64,000 bases of DNA, from assembly GCF_018350175.1 (NCBI RefSeq), contig NC_058368.1, positions 206,400,001-206,464,000 on the forward strand, read 5' to 3'. The notes below the pieces were generated by a model. That model saw nothing but the letters and a program-made list of their open reading frames with translations, made no database searches and was not told the DNA's origin. Source of the DNA: Felis catus. Its lineage: Eukaryota. Of this stretch, positions 24,673 to 38,676 are shown piece by piece (position 1 is the stretch's first letter; every line of letters begins with the position of its first letter). The translations under genes and the position numbers were made by a program.

Positions 24673-25969
24673 CTCATGAGAAATAACCTATAAATTACTT
24701 ATTTTTAAAAACATACAGAACTTAATTTTCTTAATGACTTTGCATCTTTTTCCTGAGACCTGTCTTGATTTCATTTAGTTCCTGGTAGTATGGCCTATGT
24801 TAATTTACATAATTCTATAAAATATTGCCAGAGATTGTTGAAGAAACCAACTAGATTATAACATAGCAGTCTTTTGATTCCTAGATTATATAGTGCTTGA
24901 AAATGAAAAAGGTGATTGACATGGTATCTTTTACTTCCTACATATTTTCTGGGATCTGGCTGGCCATCTTGGCTTTAAGAAGACTGAACTTGATCTTAAA
25001 TGGTTAGGAATCAGGGGTAAAGTTTATTAGGTTTGCCTTAATTAAACTGGTGCCATGCAGGAGGGAGCAAGGATATCACTGCCCTGTTGTTACTCTTGGC
25101 AGTCTTCCAATTTCTCTTTTGTGATAAATTACCCACCCTTTGGCCTGTGATCAACCACCAGGGAAACAGGTTATTGCTTTGTGGAGCAGAGGGGGAAGTA
25201 TATTATCGTTTAATTTTCAACGACAAGGGCTGACATATTGTGTCAGGAACAAATAAATCTTAACAGTTACTCATCTAATGTTTAAACAATTCTAGGATTC
25301 TTTTATTAGGACTTGATAGAAGCCTTTCTGTAAAGGTTGACATTCTTCTCTGGCTGGCAGATACCCAGGTTATGAAGCCATGGCTGGGTCTCTGTCTCTA
25401 GAAACGAAGGAGGAGGTATCTTTCTGGGCCGGGAGTGAGACATCTTGCAGAAGAGTCTGTGGAGAAATCTGTAGAGTATTGCAAATGTGATTTTAAAAAG
25501 TTCGCCCTATTTAAAGCAGGAGTTTTACACACCATGTTGTCAACAGTGGGTATTTCTTTGGAGAAGGATTTGGTCAGCAAATAGGAGTTGCTTCCATTTT
25601 CAACTTTGTATACGCTCATATTGTTTGATTTTTAAAAACATAATTAATATAAATTACATTTGTAATAAAGATGATTCGTACAAAACTAGTAGCTTCCCAA
25701 ACGCTTTTAGTTTTGGAGAGACACTCTGACCTAGTATACTGTTCTTGTTGAAAACAAAAAAGCTGTCGGCATTTCTGCATGTGGTTCAGAAGTGATCCTC
25801 TTACCAGAACTATAGCTTGTATTTTAAAATTAGGCATGACTGAGTAAAGAAATGGAGAGGAAGCATGACATGGAGGGAAGGCAGAGCCCGAGGTGATATG
25901 GACAAAGCAGAGCACATGAAGTTGACACTAAGGAACTGACTTGGGAAAGGAGAGTATGCTCCTCCGTGG

Positions 25970-26142
25970 GTGTAGGAGTTTGCTAGGCTGCCATCCAAAA
26001 TACCACAGTCTCGGGGGCTTAAACAGAAATTATTTCCTCCCAGTTCTGGAGGCTGCAAGTCTAAGATCAAGGTGCTGGCAGGTTCATTTACTGGTGAGAG
26101 CTCTCTGCCTGGCTTGCAGATGGCCGCCTTCTCACTGTGTCC

Positions 26143-26178
<36 letters not shown>

Positions 26179-26390
26179 TCTCTCCTCTGTGGGTGCTCTT
26201 CCGGGTGTGTCCTGATTTCCTCTTATAAGGACACCAATCAGATTGGATTAGGGCAGACCTAAATTGCCTCATTTTAGCTTAATTATCTCTTCGCAGATCT
26301 TCTCTCCAAATACAGTCAGACTCTGAGGTTTAGGCTTTAGCATGAATTTGGCGGAGGGGTGGGTGGTGGTATACAATTCAGTCTGTATCA
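25970..26390 (-). mobile_element. MLT1A/B-type solo LTR containing a C34 homopolymer
   Basis: ggctgccatccaaaataccacag...cagttctggaggctgcaagtctaagatcaaggtg...cttataaggacaccaatcagattggattaggg. Confidence 0.8.
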
Positions 26391-26687
26391 CTGGATACAT
26401 TTTCTTAGAGCTTTTTATTCTTACAGACTTCAGTGAAAATGAGTTGGGAATGAAAATGACTATAAACATTCAGACTCAAAGTAACCATAGTTCACTGAAG
26501 AATAACACGTTAATCATGAACCCACTGTGCAAAATAAAATTAAAACTGAATATCATCTTGAGATGTAAGCAAAGTTATGTGACACATTTAATGCATGAAG
26601 AATAATCAAGAAATTGTACATTTACAGAGGAAGGAAGGTAACTTGTTAAGAATCCTGGCATTTTTGGTGTTTGCGTGATTTATTTGG

Positions 26688-26689
<2 letters not shown>

Positions 26690-26739
<50 letters not shown>

Positions 26740-26954
26740 AATTTTTAAAAGTTTTTATTTTCAAGAGAGAAAGTGTGCGAGTAGCAGAGAGGGGCAGGGG
26801 AGGGGGAGAGAGAGAGAAAGAGAGAAAGAGAATCCCAAGCAGGCTCCACACTCAGTACAGAGCCCGACATGGTGCTCAATCCCATGACCCTGGTACAATG
26901 ACCTGAGCTGAAATTGAGTCAGACGCTCAACAGACGGAGCCATCCAGGCGCCCC
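26690..26954 (-). mobile_element. CAN-SINE with (AT)n at its tail
   Basis: (AT)n 26690-26722, T-run, GA region, head ending ccaggcgcccc. Confidence 0.9.
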
Positions 26955-27719
26955 ATCTTTATTATATTTTAAAGAAAAGCAGACATGGCAAGAAGGTATA
27001 AACATTAAACACACCGAAGCTTTTATAGAATATGTTGTTCGGTTACAAAGGAAATATTTACCTGGTATCCAATTCAAAATCTTTTTAAAAGCATAATCCA
27101 ACTATTTAAATCAGAGTATATATTTAATAAAATGTTTATTTGATTATACCAAGATTTGAAAAGTAATAGCACCACAATTATAATAGAAAATACAAAACTT
27201 TCCACAATTTTATAAATTTGAGTTATTCCAAGAGGTTTTTATATTCCTTAGTGTTTAGAATGCTCAATGCCCAAATTATTTCTAGAAGAATTTCTTTTTT
27301 ACACTTACTGTCAGCCTCCCAATTTGACATGTACCATGCATTGCCTGTGTTGTTGCCTTTTTTTCCCCCTATGTTCAAATATTGTCTTCACCAGTAAGAC
27401 AGTGAGCATCTTGGGAAAGGCCATGACTAATTTATGATTATTGCTCCAGAGCCTGGCACTTAGTAGGTAGCTAGTGAAATATTTAACGTATCAAGGTCAA
27501 GTAGTATACAAAATTTCTTATACATATGATTATTTTGTAAAACTGTGAAAATGTGAACTAAATTATGATTAAAACAAAAGTCAGATAAATGCATGGTTGA
27601 GTCTTTAGCTGTTGGGTCAGTTGTCCAAATAATTATCTCAGATCCCCATGTACTTTTAACTTGAAATGCTTAGAAAATGGAGATTGAAAGGTTTTCATTT
27701 CTTTTTTCAAATTACCTGT

Positions 27720-27950
27720 GGTAGGTATGGCATAATGGTAAAAATAGGAACTGCTGAGTTCATAATCCTGGCCTTGACAGTTACTAGCTGTGTGACAAGG
27801 GGCAAGTTACCTACTTTATCTGTGCCTGAGTTTCCCATCTATAAAATGGCATGGTATTAATACTTGCCTGTCAGGGGTTTTCTTCAAGATTTAATGAGTT
27901 AATCAGTGAAAAGCTCTTAGAAGAGTGTCTGATGCATCGTAAGTGCTCCA
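27720..27950 (+). mobile_element. MIR
   Basis: ttactagctgtgtgacaaggggcaagttac...agtttcccatctataaaatgg core. Confidence 0.8.
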
Positions 27951-30084
27951 AGGGTCTGCTTTTTAAGGTGTCTTTATCAGTTCACTGAAATAGGTGTAGA
28001 CCCCTGACTGCCACGCCAGCTACTTTATTGGTGTCCTATACTTGTGATGTTACTCAGTTAAGCAAACAAAACAAAATCATTTCACTGGTAAATGCGTTCC
28101 ACAAGCAAAGTAGATTTTAACCTGTGAAATTAAGACATGCTTCCCACACCAAATTTGAGACTGTTTACCAGCTGAGCACTAATGGCACAATCCTTCTTCA
28201 GAAACGGTGGCTCCCTCGGATCTTGTACAGTGAGTGCTATGCAGTGAGTGCATGCCCCCAAAATGAGCTGATTAAAGTGAAGTACAGACAGTATTGATCA
28301 TAGTTCCCTACAAAGGAGTCACTTCAGAAATTTGAATAGAACACAGAATGAGCTTTTCTCAGAACTCCACAGATGTGGCTTCAATGTGGTGAGTTACTTA
28401 ACAGAATGATGAAGGACACAGTAGACCAAGAGCACTCACTTGACAGCCTTTGTAGGGCCATCAGGTTAATGCCCAGCAGTTGGGAATTTAGCTCTAGCAA
28501 ATAAGTCCGGATGGAATCACAAGGAAGCTGTGTGTGTGGTGCTTGGTTTGTAGCAACTGAGAGCTACTGCTAGCCTGTTGGAGGTTGCCTCTTCCAACAA
28601 CTAGGATACCTTTGGTTACACTCCTAAAATTAACCATCGCAATGTTATGAGAGGTTCTAACGCTCCCTGGCTATATGGCTTCTGGTTTGTCACTTAACTT
28701 CTTTGGATCTTAGTTCCCTCATGTGTGAGGGAATAGAACAAGGTGTTCTTTAATTTCCCATCTAAATTCAGTGGTCTGTGATGATTCTGCAGTGCAAGTA
28801 GAAGTACAGTCAATAAAGATCTACTTCATTAACTCATTACATGTCTTCATAAGGGCAAAATCTAAGTGTTTGCAATAATACAGTTAATCCTATATTTGAA
28901 AAAAAGCCCCTCTGTTTTGTGATTATAAAATGATGACTGGAAATGCACTAATTTGGACTTCTAATTTAATAAATTGTTTAAGCATTGGACTTTTAGGAGA
29001 AACAAGCAAATCTAAAGAAGACAGTTTATTATAAAAACCAAATATCCCCAAGTCAATTGTCATCAACAATGCAGTTCTATCTCCTATAATTTTTACATCT
29101 TTAATATGCTGCTGACATAATTGACGCTCAGTAATATTTCCCTAAAATATCAAAGACAGATTAAATTACTTAAATAGGCTATACTTAGAAGTAATATGCC
29201 CCAATATTTTTTATATCCTTGCAGATATATTTTAGAAAGCTTTTTTGATCACAGCTACAAATCAAATGGATGTCTTGTACAACCTTAATGAGAAAATTCA
29301 ATTTACTAGACAAGAGTTTGATCAGCAGTATTTCATTATATTTCACTAATAATCTGTGTGCATTTAGGCAAGTCACTTCACTTTGTAATCCTCACTTTTC
29401 TCAGATAAACGCAGGGTAAGAGAAGAGGCAACGTCTAGGATACTTCTTTATTTCTAGAATTCCATGTGAAGTCATGTTCTCTACTTCTTTCTCCTATTTA
29501 AAAGATCCTTCCAGTTATTTTTATTTTGATTCTCCCAAAAAACTCCCTTGGCACCCACTGTACTCTCTGTATTACCAGGAGATACTGGATGCTTTCACTG
29601 ACAGTTAATGGGCAAAGGAAATGTTTGACTACTTTTTTCCTTTGCTGCTTGCAGAGACTTGGGTGTGGGTGGTTTCTTGGGTGGTTTCATCATCCTTGCA
29701 AGCCCTGGCCAGAGAACAGATGTAGAGATTAACAGATAAGAGGTGCAGATGACTGAAACCTGAGTTTGTTGCCTAACACAAAGCAAAAATGTTTCCTAAA
29801 TTTAATCAGCCAAATACCTAATAAATGTGTGACAGACTAGGTCTAAGTGATAGCCTTGGCCTTGAGAAATGTGAACTCTTACCCAAACAAGTTAGTGCTG
29901 ATATATCTGAAATATTCAGATAATTCTGAAATGCTAACCTGTATGAAACTAACTGTAATTGTATTAGAAGTTCACAGAAGGGAGAGATTTGGGTTTGGAG
30001 TTGTCAGCAGAGTCTGATGGAGGAAATTTGACTTGCAGAGCATCTTTAGGGAAGAATAGTATGCATGATACTTCAATATATCAG

Positions 30085-30460
30085 TTCATTCAACAAATAT
30101 TTGTTTAGTGGCCATGATGCTTTGAACTTCTCTAAGTGCTGGAAGTATACAGCAGTGAACAAAATGGGAAGAAGTCTTTGCCCACACAACTTGCATTCTA
30201 ATGGAGGGATGTAAGAAAAAAAATGAGTAAAATATATATTATGTCAAATGATAAGTACTAAGGAATTAAACGAATATTTAGGTTAAATTAGAGAAAGCTC
30301 CAAGAAGTGACATAGTCAGACAATATCAAGCTAACCCTCTCATCTTATAAATGAAGAAACGGAGACTCAGGAAGGTTAAACAACATAGCTAAGGTCACCC
30401 AGTTTATTAGCAAGAAAGGAATAAAATCCGGGTTTACTATCTCCTAATCTGGTGTCTTTC
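30085..30460 (-). mobile_element. L2 3' end (30085-30250) and MIR (30340-30460) remnants
   Basis: ttcattcaacaaatatttg...cagtgaacaaaa; atgaagaaacggagactcaggaaggttaaacaacatagctaaggtcacccag. Confidence 0.7.
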
Positions 30461-32584
30461 CCATATGCACACACCCCCTGGATGGTCAAGTCACCTTGTG
30501 CCAAAGGTGCGGGGGAGGGGCTGGCACTTTGCGTTGGGGGGAAACGGAAGGTCTATGTAAAGGGTAAGTGCCAAATCTGCTAAACCAGAGAGAAGTTGAC
30601 GTTAGGTGTGCTGTCAGGAAAGACATGCATGAAATGATCCCCAGAAAATTCTGAAACTAGTTGTACTAATTCGTCAGATTAAAAAATGCTTCTGTGATTG
30701 CCTTCCTCTCTCTTTCCTTCTCACCCCCTCAGTTCCCTGAGAAGGAATTCCTTTGCCTCACGCTGTTTACCGTCAGGTAGAGCGCTAATGTTCTCTGTGA
30801 ATATCAAAGGCCTCTGCTGTGGTTTGTCTTGAAACTAGAAATAGGGGTTTTAGCTAAACCCAGATATTCTACAGCAGCTCCACTTTTAGGGATTCAGCTG
30901 CTGGCGAAATGCGTGCTGAGAACTAAATCTAGACATTCGATTTGGATAAAATGAGCAAGTTGAATCAAATTGAGAGCTGCTGTTACTCATACTTTCTTCA
31001 TAAATTAGGAGTTAAATACGTTCCTTCGGGAGTCGGTGCATAAATTATAAAGCAGATCATACATTTCCTTAAGTGCAGCATTCGCTGTTGCTGATTCATT
31101 TTCATGTTAAGTTTCCAACAATTAGGTGGGAAGGAGGGGCAGAGAGAGAGAGAGAGAGAGAGAAACCAACCAAATGCACAAAGGAAGATTTATTTGCAGG
31201 TATAAAGATGCCATAACAACAATGTAGGTGCAGAAATAGCTTTAGTTTTCACTTTTCTTTAAGAAAAGCAGGAGCTTAAAGTAGGAAGAAAATATATGCA
31301 TTAAAATACTACTATAAGTTCAATAGCCAGAGAGTTGTCAATAGGGCAAAATCTTACCACTGTAGCTGCTGATGACATGATAGATATGAGTATTTACTTT
31401 GTCCTAAATCTTATGTTAGACATGAGAAGTAGTTTGGAAAGGCTTCAGATGCTTTTGTATAATAAGGTTATAACCAGGAGATTGTGACCCTTTATTGTTA
31501 GGGGGGTCATGGAATACATTCAAGGACCTAACTACATTTTGAGGCCCAAGTAAACTTTTAGGAAATGGTCTAAGTCCATGACTGTCTAATTCCAAACATA
31601 TATTTAATGCAGTACAAAGGCTACTTAGGTTATGATTGGGATGGGGATGGGGATATTAACTCTTAACACTCACCTATAGGTCATTCATTGCCTATTGCTA
31701 TCTTCCCACCAAAAGACCAGAATCACTTGCATAAGTAATACAGAGTTACTCAACAAGAGGGTCTCTCTTACATACTTTATCTCAGGCTTCTGGCCGCCTT
31801 GGGGTTAATGATCCATGGCACTAAGAGACCTCTAAGTAGTGAGAAAAATATCCATTACTGAATTTTGAATATGCTGTTGGAGGTCAGGAGAGGAGTCACC
31901 CTCAGGTCTTCATCCAGAATACACAGAATACATACAGCAAGAGTGCAAGGTAGAAGAAGGTCTCAAAAGTTGAAGCACTAGATTATGTATCTTGAGCACA
32001 ATAGGTACTTAAGATTTGTGGGATAAATGTATGGAAAGGGCTAAGGGAGAAAAGTGCCAAAGAGGACATCAAAATACAAGGGTCAGCAAAATAATACCAT
32101 GACAAGAAATGGGGAAAACAGGAGAGGAAGAGTCGCTTTTGGCAGAAAGATAGATTCCATTTTAGATATGTGACATTTGTGGGGAGAGTAATCATGTCAA
32201 CAGCCAACCTTTTGCACCTCGTCTGCTTGCATGATGGAACCCCTCCTGCACTCAGGATCTCCTGTCATGGCCGCTCCTTCCAGCTCTAGGGTTTTCTCAT
32301 AAGCCCTTCCTTAACCTTGCTTGGGATCTTGTTCCTACTCTTTCCTTGACCCCATTTTACTCAGACCAAGTTTCCTCATGGAAAATTTTTTTGCCATGCC
32401 ACCACCAAAATTAACTTCCTTGTTACAATCCTCAGTATCCTATCTCCAGATGTACAGACCACTCTTGTACTTTTGCAGTGATTTGTTCAAGAGCTTGTTC
32501 CCCTGCCATATAACCTCTCTATAGTGCGGCATTCCCAGGGTCTAGGACTGTGCCTGTCACACAGTCAGTGCTTGAATCATTGAA

Positions 32585-32900
32585 TGAAAATGTGTCAAGC
32601 GTATATATACACATAAGTGATTGACATATAGCATAATAGTGTCGGGTGTACAACATAATGATTATCGAATAATGATTCGATATTTATACATACTGTGAAA
32701 TGATCACCACAGTAAGTCTACATGTCAAGCACTTTGCGTTGCTGTATCTCATTTAATCCTCACAACAAGCCCATGAGGTAGATACTATTATTAATCTCAT
32801 TTTACAGATAAGGCACAATAACTTACCTAAAGTCGCACAGCTGGTGTGTCGCAGGATTGGACCTTGAATTCTGGTTTCTCTGCTGCCAGAGCTCTGTACT
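32585..32900 (-). mobile_element. MIR interrupted by a short L1 3' fragment (~32601-32722)
   Basis: TSD tgtcaagc flanks ttgacatatagc...tgtgaaatgatcaccacagtaagtcta; MIR continues atttaatcctcacaacaagcccatgaggtag. Confidence 0.75.
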
Positions 32901-34212
32901 TTTTAATCTCTGGTCTCTCCTGCCTCTGCCAGTTGATTAAATATATAGGAGCTCAGGAGCACAAGCACAACTGTAAGAAGTCAGAAGGGAGGGGGTGCAA
33001 AGAAAAAGGAGTGAGGAGTTTTAGGAAATTGCAGATATTTGAGTAGGAGGAGATCTTAAATTTCATGGAGCCCATGCCCTTGATTGCACGGGTGAAGAAA
33101 ATCAGTCTAGGGAGTTAAGTTCCTGTGCCAGGGCCACACCACTGGTTGTTGTTTGGAGCGTGCTGGATGCCAGGTTTCCAAAGTCTAGCTGTGTGCCCTT
33201 TCTATGGGCAGGACAGATGGGGATAATGAGAATGCCAGTCATTTTGACTAAGTTAAAGACAGAGGGAAAAGAAAGTAGGAAGGAACTGAAATGAGTATCT
33301 GATTATGCTCTAACCATCCTTTGTTATAGCAACAGAATTGGCTTTCCTTTGCTATTGGTGTCTCAGGTTCCTTTCACTTCGGTCCCCACACTTGGCCAGC
33401 ATGACTGGGGAAGGGAGATGATAGCTATGCCTTTGCCTCTTGAAGGAATATGGGGGTTTCTCTAATACTCTGGGATTGTCATTGCCTAAATGTAATCCAT
33501 ACCCGCTCCCAACTGCCCCACCAATTTTGCTGATGAGGAAACTAAAATACAGGGAGGTTAAATGATTTGTCACTTTTGGGTACGAAAGTGGGGGTAACCA
33601 AGAAGTAACAGGGAAAGAGGAAGAAGGGGAGGTAAGTTAATCCGTTACCAGAATTAAATTTGGGATATGTGTCCTGTCTTATACATGTCCAGGGTGACAT
33701 AAACCAGTCAAGTCAACATACATTTCTAATTTTCTTGTCCTCAAGAATACCTGAGTGGGTACCTACCTTCAGACTTCCCCTTGCATCAGACCCAGAACTC
33801 TTTTCTCTAATTTGAACTTCTAGGACTGGGCAGGAATTAACCTCACCTTGGAAAGAAGGGCGATGGTGCTCCCTTTCTAGGACCTTCTCAGAGTGTCCAG
33901 TATGGTGCTGTGGCTGCCACAGAACTGCCTTTATCACTGCCAGGCCCAGGACAGAGGGGGATTAGAAATCAGAAGGCAATGGCTCAGCGCCCCGAGCTGA
34001 GCTTTATTTATATTAATACAAATGATGCAGACTGCTTTTACTTTATTTCTTTTCAAGGCTATTCTCTTCGTTCAAAGCTTGGCTACTCAATGTAGGCATT
34101 TCCCTGACATAAACGTTGGCTGCTGTATTCCCCATGGTGTTACCTTCCCATCTACTTTCACAGGGTTTTTGTGTGAGAGCAGGTGGGTAAGAGTCAAATA
34201 GATGCTGCTGCA

Positions 34213-34272
34213 TTCTTCTTCTTCTTCTTCTTCTTCTTCTTCTTCTTCTTCTTCTTCTTCTTCTTCTTCTTC
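34213..34272 (+). repeat. Pure (TTC)20 / (GAA)20 trinucleotide repeat
   Basis: Directly visible, uninterrupted. Confidence 0.97.
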
Positions 34273-36879
34273 CTATGCATGTTTGATGAAAGCTGAAGTT
34301 TGGTTAAGATAATTTCCCTGAAGTTATGACTAGTGAAAATTTCTACAGTCTGGCCTTTGTAATGTTCTTCTAACAATGCCAGGAATTTATCTGGCATCCG
34401 TTTATATGGACCTCAAAGTGATTACCAGATGTGATCCAGTTACCTCCTAAATCCCCGGGTGTAGCAGGCAGCAGGGCATATCCGCCTAATAGCAATGTTG
34501 GATCGCCAGGGTTGAGGTGAAAGGTTCTTTCAGCCAGGCCTTGTCTTCATAGAGCAAGGTGTGCTTGTGGTTTAGCTCAGTTTCCCAAAGATAGACCTTT
34601 CCCCTGAGGGACTGTACTTCTCCATACCGTAATGAAAGAGGAACAGAAATACAGTTCTCAAGATCTGCACTTACTCTGCTTGCTCATAGAGTAGAATAAA
34701 ATCAGAACCTGAGCCAGAATGTTCTAGATAGAGTTCTTTACCTTAAAAGCAACTGAAAAACAGGATGCATGTGATTGAGGCTTATGATTAGAGCAAGCAT
34801 ATGATTATCTTGCTAAACCCGACACTGTTACCTTACAGCAGCAGGCTTGAACTGCGGCTGGCCTGGCTAAATGAGTGTCATGTATTCACCCTAACAATGG
34901 TGATGGCAGCATGTTGTAATTTCCCAGAGTTGAGTGTTTGGCATGTTTCGTTCCTGAAGCTAATATGTACTAAAGTCCTATTGTAGGTGCTGTGAGAGAA
35001 ATAGATGTACATCTCCTACCGTCAAGGAGTTTACAGTGTTGAGAAAGAGATGGCTATTACTGAGTCAAAACAATACTGGTATGTTCTTATTTATTTTAGT
35101 CTCTATTCTCCTGATGTTAATCTCACAGATTACCTCTACTTCCTTATTTGAAAGGAAATGCCATATTAATAGCATTTCTTCGTTAACATCATTAAGTGAG
35201 ATATATTTTACAGAAATTCATCTCTCCTTATAAAATGTTTCTCTTTTCTAGTTGATTTTAGAGATTTTTTTTCAACTATATTCTTATGGACCATAACAAA
35301 TACGAGGTCTGACAAAATATTTTAACAATAAAATAAGGAGTTATTTTTTAAAGAATTGTATTCACTTACGTAAGCAAACATATTGTCTTGTGTAGTGCTT
35401 TCAAGGTTACAAATTACTTTAACATGAATAGTCACTCAAATATCTACCACACAGGGGACTTCTCTGTCTTGTTCACAAGGAAAACTCTAGCACCTAGAAC
35501 AACGTCTGGTGCATAGTCCCTACTCAACAAATGCTTGACATGAATAAATTTCCTAGAATATTTTTATTTATTTTGTCCAGGGAATTATTTATTCAAATAA
35601 AATCTTACTTAGATTTAGAAAAGAAAACTGATTATAGTAAAATTTTTATGGCTAAAAGGAGGGCATGGTTGTGAGGTCCATACTCCCATCTTTTATAAAC
35701 CCCATTCTTTGGAGCAGATATGAAGACAACTCATCAAAGACATGGAACCATGGAGAATAGAGCATTAGATCACATAAAGGCAGGGAACTCATTTTTGTCT
35801 ATAGATGAAGAAAATGAAGCTCAGTGAATCTAAATAAAATACTGCAGATTCTTTGTTATATGACATGACCAGGATAGGCACTCAAATCAGCTGGCCCCAG
35901 GGCAGAGATTTTCCTGTTATAGCCAGAGCTAGATTAAGAGGAGTAAAAGGTAGGTTAGTCAGGCAGCTCTGGAGGAAGCCAGTTTGCCTAGGAACTGGAC
36001 ATTACTAAGAAAGTAACAGAAAGTAACAGGGAAGAAATGATATGTACCAGAACTCTTCCCTGAAAGACTACTGACTTTGTTGGAAGATATATTTTGATAA
36101 GTCATGTGCATGAGATGTGAGGTACCCTCAAGTATTGTGTTTGAGAAACTCAAATAAATTAGTCCTGGAACTGCTTTCAAGGGCTGGTGGATCAGGTCTT
36201 TGTATCTATCATTGGTTTGAGTTTGCAGATTTGGGGCCAGTCTTGCTGATCAAATTGCCTCTTTAGGACTCAAAAGTCTAGATCCAGTCCAGATGACTGA
36301 ACTCTGATTTTCTCATTTGCAAGTTGGAATTGAGACTCTTACCTTTAGAAACAGAAATATGTTAGGTTGTGATATTGTAATCATAAAGATAAACAGAGAG
36401 ATTGAAAGGGTATTCTAATATTCCTTTAAAGAAGATAAAAGTATATCAACCTGATAATAACTTTTAAGGAAATAAACCAAAATTTTGGACCACTCAAAAA
36501 TGTTTAAAATCGGCTTCAGTCTGCAAAAATCAATTAATCAATATTATTGAATGCTTCTTATGCTATTATAGTAATATTTTTCAAACATTTTTGATTATGG
36601 CATAGTATGAGAAATACATTAGATATCACAACCAGTATACACATTATAAATATAATTGAAAAAACCCAAAAGTATTATGTAATGGTTCTTACCTTTATTA
36701 TGTATTGCACCTATCACTCTAGAGTGGTATCATAACTCTCAAATGGGTCATTACACAAAATGTAAAAAGTAATGATGCAAACAGTATGAGAGGAATAAAA
36801 AAGGTAAAGTTCCTGAGGGAGACAGACTTGTATAGTCTACTTGGGGAGAGAAAACTAACTTACAAACTATTGGACCATA

Positions 36880-37760
36880 TTTTTTCTCTTTATTAAGTTT
36901 TTAATTTTAATTCTGGTATAGTTAATGTACAGCAGTATATTAGTTTCAGGTGTGCAATAGAGTGATTCGACATTTTTATACATTGCTCAGTGCTCACCAT
37001 GATAAGTGTACTCTTAATCCCCTTTTCCTATTTCACCCATCCTCCCACACACACACACCACATCTTCTTTATCCATCCATCTATTGATGGACCCATGGGC
37101 TGCTTCCACAGTTTGGCTATTGCAAATAATGCTGTAATAAACATAGGGGTGCATATATCCTTTCAAATTGGTATTCTTTGGGTAAATACCCAGTAGTGCA
37201 ATTACTGGCTCATACAAAATTAATTTTTTGAAGAACCTCTATATTACTTTCCAGAGTGGCTGCACCAGTTTGCATTTCCACCAACAGTGTACGAGGGTTC
37301 CTTTTTCTCCATATCCTTGCTAACACTTGTTTCTTGTGTTTTTTATTTTAGCCATTCTGATGGGTATGAGGTGATACCTCATTGTAGTTTTTGTTTGCAT
37401 TTCTCTGATAATGAGTGATGTTGAGCATCTTGTCATGTGTCTGTTGGCCATCTGTATGTCTTCTTTGGAGAAGTGTCTGCTCATATCTTCTGCCCTATTT
37501 AATTGGATTATTTATTTTTTTGGTGTTGAGTTGTATCAGTTCTTTATATATTTTGGATACTAACCCTTTATCAGACAAGTCATTTGCAAGTATCTTCTTC
37601 CATTCAGTAGGTTGCCTTTTAGTTTTGTTGTTTACTTCACTGTGCAGAAGCTTTTTATTTTTATATAGTCCCAAAAGTTTATTGTTGCTTTTATTTCCCT
37701 TGCCCCAGGAGATATATCTAGAAAAATGTTGCTATGGCCAATGTCAGAGAAATTACTGCC
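36880..37760 (-). mobile_element. 5'-truncated L1 (3'UTR and ORF2 C-terminal region, degenerate)
   Basis: tattagtttcaggtgtgcaatagagtgattc...ttagccattctgatgggtatgaggtgatacctcattgt...; minus ORF fragment PVIALLGIYPK matches the L1 ORF2p C-terminus. Confidence 0.9.
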
Positions 37761-37893
37761 ATTGGAGTGTATTTTAAGACAGTGATTAATTGGTTGCTAA
37801 ATTGCATGATGTAGTTTAAGAATGATAGACGTTCAGCTTTTATTTGTATATTTTCTGTATTGAAATACACAAATCTAAGATAAAGAAGACCAC

Positions 37894-38117
37894 TTTTTTT
37901 TTTAATTTTTTTTTCAACGTTTATTTATTTTTGGGACAGAGAGAGACAGAGCATGAACGGGGGAGGGGCAGAGAGAGAGGGAGACACAGAATTGGAAACA
38001 GGCTCCAGGCTCCGAGCCATCAGCCCAGAGCCCGACGCGGGGCTGGAACTCACGGACCGCGAGATCGTGACCTGGCTGAAGTCGGACGCTCAACCGACTG
38101 CGCCACCCAGGCGCCCC
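37894..38117 (-). mobile_element. Young SINEC_Fc
   Basis: Near-consensus; TSD aagaagaccactttt on both sides. Confidence 0.95.
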
Positions 38118-38151
38118 AAGAAGACCACTTTTAAAAAGTATGTTTACTTTG

Positions 38152-38310
38152 TACCGTATTTCGTGTTTCCTAGATGCACCTATTTATATCTTCTTACATC
38201 TCTAAAAGTGGGGTGTATCTTATAATTGATGATATTTTACAATAACTACTTTTGGGCAGTTAATTCAGCAAACAAAAAGTTGATGGTATCTTAGATTTTA
38301 TGAAATATGG
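38152..38310. mobile_element. TcMar/Tigger-like MITE remnant
   Basis: Degenerate terminal inverted repeats ccgtatttcgtgtttcctagatgc / gtatcttagattttatgaaatatgg. Confidence 0.55.
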
Positions 38311-38676
38311 ATTTTTCTTTAAGACAATATTTAAGATATAGAAGATAACAAAAACAGAAAGAGGGAGCAATTACTTATATTTGCACCACACAAAAATAAT
38401 CATTTAAAAATGTTAGATATTTTCCTCCTTTAGTCTTTTCCATTTCCCCTTATGTATGGTTGTATCACAAATGGCATTCCTAACTACCTTCCTTGTGGAG
38501 TTGATGTTAGAAACTATACAAACTGAATGAGAGATTTCATGGTGTTCCTGGTTGTTGATCTTGTTTATGCTGATGTATCCAAAAAGTTCATGTTTGGGTT
38601 CTTGTAACATCTCTATGCAGTGTGAATCAAAGAATTGGAAATATTTATAGTAATTATTTTAAATCATGTGTCTCTT

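Noticed and set aside
28635..28730. Faint resemblance to an H/ACA snoRNA 3' end
   Set aside because: Match too short; the following sequence fits a MIR remnant better.
34194..34397. Poly-lysine ORF; likewise the poly-proline ORF at 25941-26228
   Set aside because: Translations of the (GAA)20 repeat and the C34 homopolymer.
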